Assembly (NCBI GenBank): GCA_012295275.1
Contig: CM022675.1
Coordinates: 12,524,001 to 12,588,000, forward strand
DNA length: 64,000 nucleotides
Source of the DNA: Chrysomallon squamiferum
Taxonomy: Eukaryota; Animalia; Mollusca
Direction of reading: 5' to 3'
Part shown: positions 28,441-43,511 of the stretch, piece by piece
How positions within the stretch are numbered: position 1 is the first letter of the stretch
How the letters are laid out: each line of letters starts with the position of its first letter
Notes under the pieces: model-generated
The model's database searches: none
What the model was told of the DNA's origin: nothing
Seen by the model: the letters and a program-made list of their open reading frames with translations, nothing else
Program-made: the position numbers and the translations under genes

Positions 28441-29359
28441 ACAAACACAGTCCATTTCGGCAAAGTCTGTGATGTTTTCACTGACATTCTTTTATAAAAA
28501 AAGGCCAGATTCTTCACAGGCTGAGTAAACCATACAAGGTTGAAAAGGTTGATGTTAAGTCAGTAAACAAGGAGGATTTGTAGGTTTCTGCAGAAATTGC
28601 TGTGACAAGGTTTTGGGTATCTCTCAACACATCATTTCAAGTGCCTGAGGTTGTTGTTGTAGCAAGGTTATCTCCCACTGAAAGCTCTCCAAGGTTGTAG
28701 GTTGTATTGACAGAGGCTCACAAGGTTGAAACAACACTAAACAATAATCAACATGCTTTTCCAACTTTGTTTTGGATTAGGCAGACTTCTGTACAAGGTT
28801 GCTAGGTTGAAGCAAATTGGTGTCAAGATTTCAGGTTGAGTGGGACGTGTTGAGATACAGAACTGAATCAGTGGATTAACAAACACAGTCCATTTGGGCA
28901 AAGTCTTTGATGTTTTCACTTGACATTCTCTAACTTTTAAAAAAATCTGCCAGATTCTTTCACACTAACTCTTTACAGAACCAGCTACAGTTTGAAAACT
29001 CTGATCTTTAAGTCAGTAAACAAGGAGGATTTCACTCTTTTTCTGCAGAAATTGCTTTGACATTTCCACTTTTTCTCTATCTCTCAACACTTCATTTCCA
29101 GTGCCGGACTCTTTGTTGTTGTCTTTATTTATCTCCCACTGACTTCTCTCCTGCTTTATTTCCCTCTTTATTTTGACAGAGGCTCACCGAGTCCAGAAAC
29201 AACACTAAACAATAATCAACTTTGCTTTTCCACTCTGCTTTGTTTTGGATTAGGCAGACTTCTGTGTAATCCACTGCTCTTTTCTTACAGAAAATCAATT
29301 GGTGTCTAATTTTTCACTGCACTGAGTGGGACGTGTTGAGATGACAGAGTGAATCACTG
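28441..29359. repeat. Imperfect tandem duplication, period 438 bp
   Basis: Shared anchors in the same order: acaaacacagtccattt (28441 and 28879), aagtcagtaaacaaggaggattt, aacaacactaaacaataatcaac, tgagtgggacgtgttgagat. Confidence 0.9.
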
Positions 29360-29361
29360 AA

Positions 29362-29770
<409 letters not shown>

Positions 29771-30302
29771 TTAATTATATTTTAACTCCAAAAACTAAAT
29801 ATTTTGTTACCGTGATAAACAAAACAATCAGAAATTTTATATTTGATCACCATGCCAAAATGTCATTACAACATAGGCCAAGTTAGACAATAATTCATCG
29901 AAAACAAATAACAAAAAAATCAACAACTACATATCCAAATATTTTTTATTTGTTCTTGTACAAGCTTAAATATGACAGGTTCATTCTTCATTATTGAAAA
30001 ATCTTAATTTATCCTCTTTATCATGAATTTCAGAAACTGAAATAACTTGAACCAAATCCCCCCAGGACACGATTCCTTTGAAAATACAAATTTAAAAAAA
30101 TTAACATTTTTAAGTTGCACTTTTTTTTATTTATAACACTATCTAAAATAAATTAAAAATAAAAAACAAAAGATTAAAAAGTGGTACAGAAAATCCCTGA
30201 AGTAATTTGGCTGAAAGAAGTAAATAAAAGACAAATGTTGAGAGTTGCAGTGTCATCTGAACCAAGTGTTCCCTTTCAGCAACCTGATTTTAATATCCTC
30301 GC

Positions 30303-30572
30303 AGTCTGTTCAGCTGACTCTGTGTCTGTTCAGCTGACTCTGTATCTGTTCAGCTGACTCTGTGTCTGTTCAGCTGACTCTGCGTCTGTTCAGCTGACTC
30401 AGTGTCTGTTCAGCTGACTCTGTGTCTGTTCAGCTGACTCTGCGTCTGTTCAGCTGACTCAGTGTCTGTTCTGTTCAGCTGACTCTGTGTCTGTTCAGCT
30501 GACTCAGTGTCTGTTCAGCTGACTCAGTGTCTGTTCAGCTGACTCTGTGTCTGTGGTGGGCTGACTCTGTGT
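30303..30572. repeat. 20-bp minisatellite (cagctgactctgtgtctgtt)
   Basis: About 13 copies. Confidence 0.95.
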
Positions 30573-30782
30573 CATTTCAGAAAAAAAAAAAAGCTGAAAA
30601 AATCTGTGTCTTTTCATTCCATTCTGTGTCACATGTGTGAAGGGTTCTAGGGTTGAGTATTCCAGATTAAAAAAAGGTTTACAGTGTGAAAAAATATGAT
30701 TTTCAGTGTTTTTCCTTCCATTCTGTGAGAAAGTGTGAAATTTATCAGTGTGTTTAAAAGAATGAAGAGTTCTAGTGAGGGT

Positions 30783-31028
30783 GTGAGATTTATCAGTGTG
30801 AGATTTATCAGTGATTATCTGAGGTTTATCAGTGAGATCAGTGTGAGATTTATCAGTGAGATTATCTGTGAGATTTATCAGTGAGATTTATGTGTGAGAT
30901 TTATCAGTGAGATTTATCAGTGTGAGACTTATCATTGAGATTTATAAGTGAGATTTATGTGTGAGATTTATCAGTGAGATTTTCATCAGTGATTTATCTG
31001 AGATTTATCAGTGAGATTTATCAGTGTG
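30783..31028. repeat. 14-16-bp minisatellite (gtgagatttatca)
   Basis: Many slightly variant copies. Confidence 0.9.
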
Positions 31029-31964
31029 GTGGAATGGAAATAATAATGATAATAATAAATTAAAGAAAAACATTTTAAATAAAATTACAATCATTACATT
31101 CATATTACTTGTATCATACAGTAATCTGTTTTGTGAAATGTTGTAACCTATGTTTCACCAAAGCAGTAAAAACCACACACACTGGACGATTTTGTGGTGG
31201 GGAACATATTTCATGTGACACCCACTACTGCATTATGTCACAGCACTGCATGTAAGTTAATTTGTAAACGTGGCATGATTTCATTACGGCAGATTCCAGC
31301 CACGCGGCTGCCAATCACCTGCTTCAGTGAATCATCAAATTGGCTGGAATCGATAGCTGGGTTAACTCGCTGATTGGCTGGCAAAACCCAGGCTTTTAGC
31401 TTGCTCATTACCTCCAAGACAGGCATCCATTTGTAAATATCTCCATGTCAGATCCTATTACTGGGGTGTTGAGACGAGAGAGTGGAGGTCAAAGACACAG
31501 TTGGTTAACAAGTGCTTTCAGTTGTCACCACCGGCTTCTCAGCTCAAGTAGGGACGTCCCAAACTGAAATGTGTAATTTCTCAAACAGGGAGAGGCCCAA
31601 ACTGAAATGTGTAATTTCTCAAACAGGGACAGGCCCAAACTGAAATGCCTAATGGCCTATACTAAAATGTATGTAGACCCAAATTAAAATGTGGCCTATT
31701 CTGAAAGAGGAATTGCCCTGTCCTGAAATAGTAAATGGTCTAAACTGGAAAAGGAAATGGCCAAAACTAAAATATCAAATGGCTTAAACTAGAGTAGGAA
31801 ATGTTCCAAATAAATCATACATATTGGTCCAAATTAAAAAAGGAAGTACTCCAAACTCAGATAGTAAAATGGCTGATACTACAAAATATAAATGAACCAA
31901 ACTGTAATAGGCCCAGATTCAAATGAGAAAAGGTTGTAAGTTGGATTCCATTGTTGTTTTCTTG

Positions 31965-32040
<76 letters not shown>

Positions 32041-32041
32041 C

Positions 32042-32072
<31 letters not shown>

Positions 32073-32670
32073 CACACAGAGAGAGAGAGATGGACAGACA
32101 GATAGAAGGACAGACAGACAGAAAGAAGGACAGATACAAAAACAGTCCTGTCTTTTCAACAACATTAAACTACAATATTATTATCGATGTCCTGATATGT
32201 TGTTTTTTTTGTTGTTTTTTTGTCAAGTTCCATTACAATGAGATTGATGCAAGTACTCAATCAACTTACTAATTCAATACTGGTGATATCACACACACGC
32301 CACACAATATCACTTGTATGTGCACTCTCTCAGTTATGTGTGTGACCACACAGTGTGTGTTAATTGATACTGACAACGCAATCAGTGTAATTGATGAGTG
32401 TTTCTCATTATAGCATCTGTCACAGAGATCTCTCGCTAACAGAACACGTATCAGTTGTATTTGCTCATAGCTGTGTCCACATGTTTGTCTAGAGACAAAG
32501 AAGACTGAGTCTACTCCCTCAAGTAATCAATGGGAACTGATGTAAATTTGAGTTGTGTGCTTCTGTTGTTAGAAATGTGTGTCTTGCATTAGACAATTTG
32601 TAAAACCGAATGAATGAGAATAATTAATTATCTCTGTTTGTAAATGTCTGGTGTGTTTGATCTGTGTTTT

Positions 32671-32679
32671 TGTGTGTGT

Positions 32680-32715
<36 letters not shown>

Positions 32716-32741
32716 CTGTGTGTGTGTGTGTCTGTGTGTGT

Positions 32742-32782
<41 letters not shown>

Positions 32783-32808
32783 GTGTGTGTGTGTGTGTGT
32801 GTGTGTGT
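32671..32808. repeat. (TG)n microsatellite
   Basis: Interrupted TG run. Confidence 0.96.
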
Positions 32809-33580
32809 CTGGGGGTTTGAGTATGGATGTGTTTGTTGCTATGTGTGTGGGTGGGGTATGGGTGTGGTTATGTGAAAGAGAACATGTTTGTCTGTGTACA
32901 TGTATAAATGTGTTTGAAAACTGCAAATTCAGTTTATAGTTACATAAGTCTGTTTTTCTCTCTGTTATACATGTGTTTGTGTATGTCTGTGCATATATAT
33001 TTATATCTATGTATGTATGAGTTATGAGTGTATTACTATAACACAGATATTCTTTATGAAATTGAACCTTCCAACAGAACTGAAATTTCAACCCTAACAC
33101 AGCTGTCTCAAGCAAACATTCTGTATTAAATCTATTTGCTGGATGTTGTAAGAAAATACTTAAATACATTACAAAACTACATATGCTCTACATAGATGAG
33201 AAAACTGGAATATTTTGGTAGAAATTAATGTTTTGTTTTAAAATGTGTCTTAGAAGGACATGTCTTTGTTTTTAGTTTACAAAATGTATAACAGAATATA
33301 ATAAACAAAAAAAAAAAAAAAAAAAAAAAAAAACTATTTAAAATTATTTAATTATATACAAAATATCCAATCCAGCCATATCAACATATCACTGTATTAT
33401 CCAATACCTGTTTCAAAACTTGTCTAAAGAGGACATATTTTTTTTGTTGTAAATGTCTATTTTTATTTCTTTTATTTTGTTTTCTTTAAATATTCTCACC
33501 AATTAAAATTATGTTGATGTTTATTTTATACAATTTGATTTTAAATATGATATTAATTTTTATTTTTTTTATTTTTTCAG

Positions 33581-33604
33581 GAAGTTGGCAGCATAATTGG
33601 CAAG
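33581..33604 (+). CDS. PCBP: PCBP coding exon 2, 24-nt microexon (EVGSIIGK)
   Basis: ttttttcag|GAAGTTGGCAGCATAATTGGCAAG|gtaagt. The peptide is identical to the PCBP KH1 motif. Confidence 0.95.
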
Positions 33605-33669
33605 GTAAGTTTTACTACTTTTTTATTATTTTTGTTTTATTATATTAATGTACACTCACACACATGCAT

Positions 33670-33715
<46 letters not shown>

Positions 33716-35470
33716 AAATAAGTCTTATTTTTAGTGTTAAATGTATTTTGATTATACTTGTTTCCCATCAGCAGTATGTTATCAGTAACAGACAAACAAA
33801 CAGACAGACAGACAGACAGACAGAGAGAACATTTTCTTATGTTACAGTGTAAAATCTCTTTTATTTTAACTCCTTTTCCATTAGCAGTGTAATACTGGTA
33901 ACTTTCCTGTTTAAAACATTTTCATCTAGAAAACAGAATTTTATTCTAGTGAAAACCCAGAGACAGAACAAAATGAAATATTTACTTTAACCAAGTTGGT
34001 TTGTACAGAACTGAAAGTATATTTAAAAATTGTCTATACCAGAGATTTATTTAGGAAGCAGAAATTTATTTTTATAATAAAAACAAAATGAAGTATTTAT
34101 TTTAATCAAGTTGGTGTGTACAGAGAACCCAGGACCTGTATGTGTGAAATGTTTAGTCAGAAAGCACTGGATACATATTATCATGTGGAATGATGGGAAG
34201 ATATGCACACACAAACATTCTCAATTCATCTGCTCAGCACCTGTTTTGTTCAGAGTTATCTCCACATTTCTGCTCTTCAGCTGGAGAGGTGCAAATGTCA
34301 GATGTCAGTACTGTTTGCCTTGCGGCTATTTTGAGGATAATTTTCTCATCACAGTTAGTGATCACAGGGCAATTACGCAAAAGATGAGCCTCTGACATCA
34401 GGAGTAGTTTTATTTTCATCACATCTCACTCGACAAGCAGTTTCACTTCTCCTGGCAAGCGTTTTACAAATTTAAAACTTAATGACTGAAATTCTGAAAG
34501 GAACATTTAGCCCGGTGGGCTTGTCAAACCATTTTAGTTCAGTCCCTGACATTATTGTTCTTTAAACACCTTCATTTGTGTTTCAAGACATATTATAAAT
34601 TAAGTGCAAGTTTAGTTCATTACATGTCTTTGTATGTTTTCAAAAAACTTTGTGTTAAAGTCACTGGTATGTATCCATTAAAAAGAGTATTTGTTCAAGA
34701 TTGCTATACTAAAGTCCTAAGTATACATTTCTGAAGTACATTAAAAGTGTATGCTGAATTGTCCTGTAATAATATTAAGGTTTCTGTTCTAAAACTGTTG
34801 CATTAAAAGGTTTCCTACATGTGTTAAAGTAAGTTAAGTTTCAGTATAACAGAAACAATGGTACAAGATCTGGGTACTTAATAACATGATTCCAGAACTG
34901 AGACATTAACTTCCAAGACAGCTGCATAAAATATCTAGATGTGTTTTCAAAACTGCTGTTTAAGACCTGGTATACATATCTCACTGTTGTACTAAAGGTT
35001 TTCATGTTCGTGGGTAGGTTTTCATAAAGAATTCATTTATGATAGGAGGTAAGAGTAACTAAAATATCCGGCAACAAATTTTCAATGGCGGTGATTAATA
35101 CAAATATTACAAACACTAGAGTTTCCATTATTTCTGTAATTATTTCACTTCTGATTTATCTGAACTGTGGAGTGTCACTGAATCATGTTAGCTGAGATAT
35201 GTAACTGAGTAATGTATTTTTACCTGTTTGTGACCAGCGACATACATCATGTATGTAATTAGTAATGTATGTGGTGTATTTGACAGGTTATCTACTTTTC
35301 ACATTTGTCTCTTAATGTGTGTCACATGTTTGGTTATTTACATTCAGTGGAGGGTTGGTGTAAAATGAAGTATATTTTGATTGGCTATAAATACAGAAAA
35401 AACTTGGACACACAGACAGACAGTGATACAGAAACATACCTACACATGCATACTCTTACACACTCACACA

Positions 35471-35529
<59 letters not shown>

Positions 35530-35784
35530 AGATGAATATATACAAATATACACAGAAACTCACCCAGACAGAAACACAAACACAAAACCAGACACATACA
35601 CACAAAGACTCATTCATACAGACACAAAAGACATAGACAAAAAAAACACAAAACCACACATACACAAAGACTTTCATACCCAAAAGACACAAAGACACTG
35701 ACAGACTTAAACCCAGACACACAAAGACACTGACCAGAAACACACAGAGACACACACAAACATGTATCTATTTGTTTAGAAACT

Positions 35785-35945
35785 TGTATGTGACGTGTGT
35801 CATACAAGACATATGTGACTGTGTGATACAAGACGTATGTGACATGTGTGATACAAGACGTATGTGACTGTGATATAAGACATATTTGACTTGTGTTATA
35901 CAAGACGTATTTGACGTGTGAGATACAAGATGTATGTGACTGTGT
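35785..35945. repeat. ~25-bp minisatellite (tgtgatacaagacgtatgtgac)
   Basis: About 6 copies. Confidence 0.88.
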
Positions 35946-38059
35946 GTATGTGCTGTATTCTGCTGCACATATCTGTGGTATGTGATGACAGACAGGCTTG
36001 TTTGCTAAAGCATGCAGTCTTGTCAGGAACGGGAATGCTCAGTCCAGTGCTAGGCGGTTTCCTTTCATCGTTTCTGACTAGTCATTGCAAGCACGTGTCA
36101 CAAACGCATTCCCAGAAAGTGGAAATATTCCTGGAAATAGCCAAAGTCTTCTTGCTGCATTTATTTTGACCTTGCTAATGTAAGAAATGAAGAAGTGTTT
36201 AACTGTAGCATTGCACTTTGATAGTTTCCAGTATCAGCTCCTGTTTGTGTACTGGGGAGGATGGCTCAGTTTCTGTATGCTGTAAGATGTGTTAAAGTGA
36301 CTGTGTGGAGTAAGATCATTTTGTTTACTTCAAAGTTGTTATTGCAGTTTATTTGTGCATCTGTCATGGTATAAACAATGGATTAACTGGGTTTTTTAAT
36401 ATTACATGTTTTTCCAAGTCATTATTTTATTTATATACCTGTTGCATTGTGAACAAGGGAGGAATATTACTTTTTTATCCAAATTATGATTTTATATATA
36501 TATATATATAACAATAGATTAAACAATTGCTGAATATGACACACACACACATACACATTCCCCACCCTGTATCAGATTTATAAAGTACACAAAAGTATCA
36601 AAGAACAGCATCTTTAAGAAGCAGGTCAAAACACCTGCATCGTTTGTAACAACACCTGGAATTTTATCTCATCTCTGTGATTGAGATATGACAATAAATA
36701 CAATTCTTACTTCAACCCTCGCAGATTCTATTTCCATCAGTGTTGAGAGTTTGGCCACTGGAACATCTGGAGGTTGTTGTTGTAGTAAAACCAGTGATCT
36801 CTCGGTTAATGGAACAATGTTTTTTCATCTTTTTTTCATTCCTGTGCGTCTTGACCTAAAATGTCTGCCCACCTTTGTAAAAATAATAGTCACAGCCCTG
36901 GAGGGTTGGGGTGGGTCTGGATCACACAGAGCAGAAAGTTAAACAAGTGATCAGGTGTTCAAGAGAGCAGAGCTCATGACTAACAAGAATTTTACACATT
37001 CTTTGTATCCCCTCATCAGTAGAAAGGTTGGAAAGAAAAATGGTGTTTATTAATTCAGTGTCTTCATTTCCTGACCTTGTTTTAGTTCTTGAGTCAGACA
37101 TATAGTTTAACACATAAACAACAACACATTTTTAAAAATAATAATAATAATTATTATTAGTTAAAAAAAAAAAAAAAAGTATAATTTTCATTATTTGAAA
37201 ACGTGAATATTATATATTGTTAAATACACTGATGTGCATTTGGACTAAAAGTTTATGATTTTATTTGTTGAAACAAGTTGTATTAAATATTATACATAAT
37301 TCAGAAATGATTGATTGATATTCATTTAACCTGAAAACAAAATAATTTGATCAAAAATGATGTATAATTCAGTGACAGATATTTAAACTCAAAGAAAATA
37401 ATTTGATAATTTTATTTATAAAAAAATAAATTTATTAAAAATGTTACATAAGACAGAAATGATACATTGACAGCCATTTAAATTGAAAGAAAATAATTTG
37501 ATAATTTTATTTATGAAAATAAATTGTGACAAAAATGATATTGCTAAAAGTTAATAATTATTTATAAAAAAAAGAAGTTTAGTTAAAAATGATAAATAAT
37601 ACAGAAATCATAGATGGACAGACATCTGAATGGAAAGAAAATAATTTGAAAATTTTATTTGTAAAAACAATATATTAAAAATGATACAAAATAATAAATA
37701 AATAAATAAATAAATAAATAAACCTGACAAGCAACAACCAGAAGAAAATGACAACTTCACTGAGCTTTGATTACAAAGATACAAGAGAAACGTGAACAAC
37801 TTGTCACACGAAATGAACTGATCCTGCTCACAAACACGTCACCAGGAGTTCTCCTAGTGAGTAAAACTGCTCACCCTGGCTCTGTAGCAGACTGAGTCTG
37901 GGTGAGCAGCAGACATCTTCCACTGCCTCTTCACAGCGTTGTGTTGAGAGGAGGCTGTCAGCTGTTTGTCAAACTCAGGCGATGCTTCCTGGTTAAACTG
38001 TCACATGTTTGTCAAACACTAATTTGCTTCCTGGTTAAACTGTGATTCTGATAGCAGCA

Positions 38060-38290
38060 GCACTGAAATATGTGAATAGCACTGAAATGTGTGAATAGTG
38101 CTGAAATGTGTGAATAGCACTGAAATATGTGAATAGCACTGAAATGTGTGAATAGCACTGAAATGTGTGAATAGTGCTGAAATGTGTGAATAGCGCTGAA
38201 ATGTGTGAATAGTGCTGAAATGTGTGAATAGCGCTGAAATGTGTGAATAGTGCTGAAGTGTGTGAATAGTGCTGAAATGTGTGAATAGTG
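38060..38290. repeat. 19-bp minisatellite (ctgaaatgtgtgaatagca/tg)
   Basis: About 12 copies. Confidence 0.95.
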
Positions 38291-39039
38291 AGCTATGAGA
38301 TTTTAAATGTTGAGTTGAAGGCTTAAATGTTAACATTCAGTGTTTAAATGTTGAGTTGTGTTGTTTCAAATGTTAAGCTAAAGGGTTTAAATGTTGACTG
38401 ATAAATATCGAGATATATGATTATAAAATAGATTTTCAGATGCTAAGATATGTCATTTTACACGTTTATGTATATCATTTAAATGTTGAGCTATGACTTA
38501 AATGGTCAGTTATTCAAATTTTTACTGCTTTGGTTTTAAATTTTGAGCTGTTTGGTGCAAGTGTTATTAAAGTTAAACTATCTGTATTAAACATTGAGCT
38601 CTCTGGTTTTAGATCTTCAGCTAGTTTTTATAAGATTCACTCCATTCACACAAGATGTGTTTGAGAGGCAGAGTTCTGTCTCTGTGTGTTAGACTGACAC
38701 ATGTAATAATCTGTTATCAGTGTTCTTTCAAATCCTCATTACACTCTCACAGTTTTATGAGGGTGATTTTACTGCAGTGAGAATTCTTTTACATCTGTTA
38801 AAGATGTCTAAGTGTGATTGTCATGTGTTAGAATGATAGCTACGTAATGTTTAATAAAATGATGATAGTTTTTTTTTTTATATGAATAGTGTTTATCATT
38901 ACCTTCATGTTTTTAAATGTAAGATTTGTGTTGAAACAGAAAATGATTCTACATTTCACTTAGCTTGAAGAACATTTTTTAAATGATTTTTATTTGTAGA
39001 AACATAAGATACAGGCATATCTAAATACAAAATATTTTA

Positions 39040-39070
<31 letters not shown>

Positions 39071-39287
39071 GAATATACACTTAAAGATATATATAACTCA
39101 AATGCATGCACATACAACCAAATACTTCTATACAAATACTCACACACAAACACACAAAATTAATATATAGTGAATAAATAAATGAATAAATAAAAATAAA
39201 GTAATCTTTGAGATGAAGAAAAACCAGACTGAAAATACCTGACTATAATAAAATTATTTTAATTTTTAAACTTTTTATCTTTTGCAG

Positions 39288-39320
39288 AAAGGTGATAATA
39301 TTAAGAAATTCAGGGAAGAT
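39288..39320 (+). CDS. PCBP: PCBP coding exon 3, 33-nt microexon (KGDNIKKFRED)
   Basis: tttgcag|AAAGGT...GAAGAT|gtaagt. Completes the GKKG loop and helix 2 of KH1. Confidence 0.93.
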
Positions 39321-39736
39321 GTAAGTTTTTAAAATATTTCAGTTTTATAAGTATAAATTGATGAATTATTGTCTGATATTGAAAAAATATTAGCTATTCA
39401 ATATTAAATAAATAAAAAATAATAAAATGTTAACATTACATTATTAAATTAAAAGTAGTACAAAATAAATTCATTTTTACAACTGAAATGTTTTGTTTAT
39501 ATTAAAGTACATGTTATGCAAATGAGGTGTATGATTATTTATAGATGAAACAATGTGTTTAAAAGCTTGTGTCTGTTTTTACTTATAATATATTTATAAA
39601 ATTACAGTTTTGTTCTTTTTGTAAACTTTTTATATGGTTGTAATTAGCTGCAAACTTGACACAAATTGGTGTGATTTATTTTGTACATTTACAATTAGTT
39701 AATTTGATACAATAAATTTTTGTCATTTTCTTGCAG

Positions 39737-39853
39737 AGTGGGGCTAAAATAAATATTTCTGACGGGTCCTGTCCAGAAAGGATAGTGACAACCACTGGCT
39801 CAATAGACAACATTCACAAAGCTTTCACAATGATATGTAATAAATTTGAAGAG
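39737..39853 (+). CDS. PCBP: PCBP coding exon 4 (SGAKINISDGSCPERIVTTTGSIDNIHKAFTMICNKFEE), end of KH1
   Basis: ttgcag| acceptor, GAG|gtgaga donor, 117 nt. Clear similarity to PCBP SGARINISEGNCPERI. Confidence 0.96.
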
Positions 39854-41875
39854 GTGAGATTTAACAACTGTTTTATAGAAGTTAAAAATTTTGTATCATT
39901 TGTTCTATTTAACAACTGTTTTATATGTTTTATAGAAGTTAAAAATTTTGTATCATTTTTTCTATTTTTTAAAGAAGTTTGAAGGTGACAGAATTAACAA
40001 TGTTATTTAAATGTTAATTTACATTCAGAGTAATAACAACATTTCTGGTCCATCACTAAACATTTCTGTAACAACCATTTTAAAATTAATTAATATGATT
40101 AACCAAACCCAGATAGACATGACGTGTCAAATAACAAAATATTTTAAAATTAATAACTGTTATTAAGTCAGTTGATATACATAGCAAGATTTGTCATCAG
40201 TGACAGTTATAACAAAGATATGTTTACACTGATAAACATAATTAGATGAAAAGATATGTCATCAGTAATATAAGAAAAATATTTATAAACATAGATAACC
40301 CACCCATGTAGATATAGAGATACATTATCAGAAGCATCAGGTTATTAAGATAACACTTCATGAGAAAATTTCATTAAATGTGTTTGTCAGTATCATTTAA
40401 ATACATATGTAGAGAGCTTGTTGTAAAATGGAGCATTTTGAGCATAGCAACAACAAAAGCAGAATTTGCAAGACAGTAATTGAGTATTTATTACAGTCTG
40501 TGAGTTATCACATATATCTGTGTAGTTAATCTCAGATAACTGCAGTATTACATAAACATGTGTTAAATACACAGACAGCTAACGGCAGTGACATAACATT
40601 ATCAGCTTAATTCTCTTACAGAGTAAATTCAGTTTATTTTCCTTTATTTCATTTCTCTCACAATGTCTGTGTTATTTTTATTGCAAAAACTGATTACTAG
40701 AAAGATACTTTAATAATTATGTTTTCTAACACAGACATAAGGGGATGTTCATCTAACCATTTCTGCTCACCTCAGACTCACTTTCTGCCAAACACTCAAT
40801 ATTTTCAAATTAAGATACACTTTTATATTGTTACTTAGCTCATATCCAGTTCTGTACAACAAGAAAATCAAATAATACTGTTTCACTTCTGTTCCTTTTG
40901 ATGTTGGATGATGATAACAAGTATTTTGATTATCTTGATAACATCAACATCAATACACCAGAACAAAACAGTTCTTTCTTTTATCAGTAAAAATTGTCAT
41001 TCAAAAAAAATATTTTAGATACAAAGAATAATAACTTGAGCAACAAAGTGTTTGAGATGACTTTACACACAAACAGACATGCATGCACATACACATGCAA
41101 AGTGTGTGCGTGCTTGTGTGTATGTGTGTATATATATATATATATAACAACTACATACACAAAAGAGGTAATTAAAATGATATTTTCAAAGATATAATAC
41201 AGCTGCAATATTTGGGTACTAATTAATATGACTGTGAATTAAATAGTTATATTTAATATACAACTGTAATTAGTTACTGCTAATACATTAATCATTGTAA
41301 TTATTCATTTTCCTTTTCTAAATTTAGTGTAATTAATATAATATGAATACCAGTGACTGTACAGATGCTGTTGTTATTGTAATCAGGATAGAAATCTAAT
41401 TTAATTTTCTTCTTCGTAACAATATTAGGCTGGTAGTATTGTGTGACAGGTAGTTATCAGAGTATTCCACTGTTACTTGTGTAATACTGTAGTTATCAGA
41501 GGCTTAGTTGTTAAATACGTGTGATAACTCATTTGGGATGTGCTAAATAGTCAGGGTTAAATATAAAGATACTGATAACTTGATACATGTGCTTGATGCA
41601 TGCACAAACACGCATTTTAATAAATTCTGACATTTATGTGAAAAATGTACAGTGTATGCATATGTAGATACACATGCATTCACATATAAACATATATCTA
41701 GGTAAAGATAAAACACACACACACACATACATATATACAAACATACACACATATAACACACCTTCACAGACAAAGGGATATACACACAGACATGTTTTTA
41801 TAGATGTGCACGTACAAACATCCAAACGATGTCACAGGCATAGGCATGTACATGTAGTTATATACACATTGATTT

Positions 41876-42077
<202 letters not shown>

Positions 42078-42650
42078 CAGTACTAAGTTGTCCTTCAGTC
42101 TGCTGGTTTAGCTGTCATATTTGCCAGAATATTATCAGTTAAACTGCAAACAAAACTACTTTCTACACAATAGTTACAATTAAATATCAACAGTAATCAT
42201 AATCATCCTCAAGAAAAAAAGAAAGAAGTTTAACAATAATAAAGATACAGTGAAAGAATATTGGAAAACGTGAAAGAAAATTTATTAAACCTGTCATTTC
42301 TCAGTATCCGTTTTATTAATGTTGCTAGGTGTTTAAGAATTCCTTAATGGAAACCTGCCAGGGGCAGCCATGTTTAATGTTAAATTACCTGTTAATTTGT
42401 GTCTGCAGATACAACTAGCTGCATTTATTAGCCAAGTCAGAACGTGTTAAACTTTACATAACTCAAACAGGAATGTCAGAAAATGTGTGTGTTTATTGAA
42501 TCTTAATATATTAAATTTTACACAACTCAAACTTGAACTATACAGATTATATTTACTGAGTGATAATGTATGAAGTTTGATAAAATGTTTATTTATCAGG
42601 TGACCGTGTATTAAATTTGAAATGTAAAAACTTTGTCTGAGTCTTGTGGT

Positions 42651-43511
<861 letters not shown>

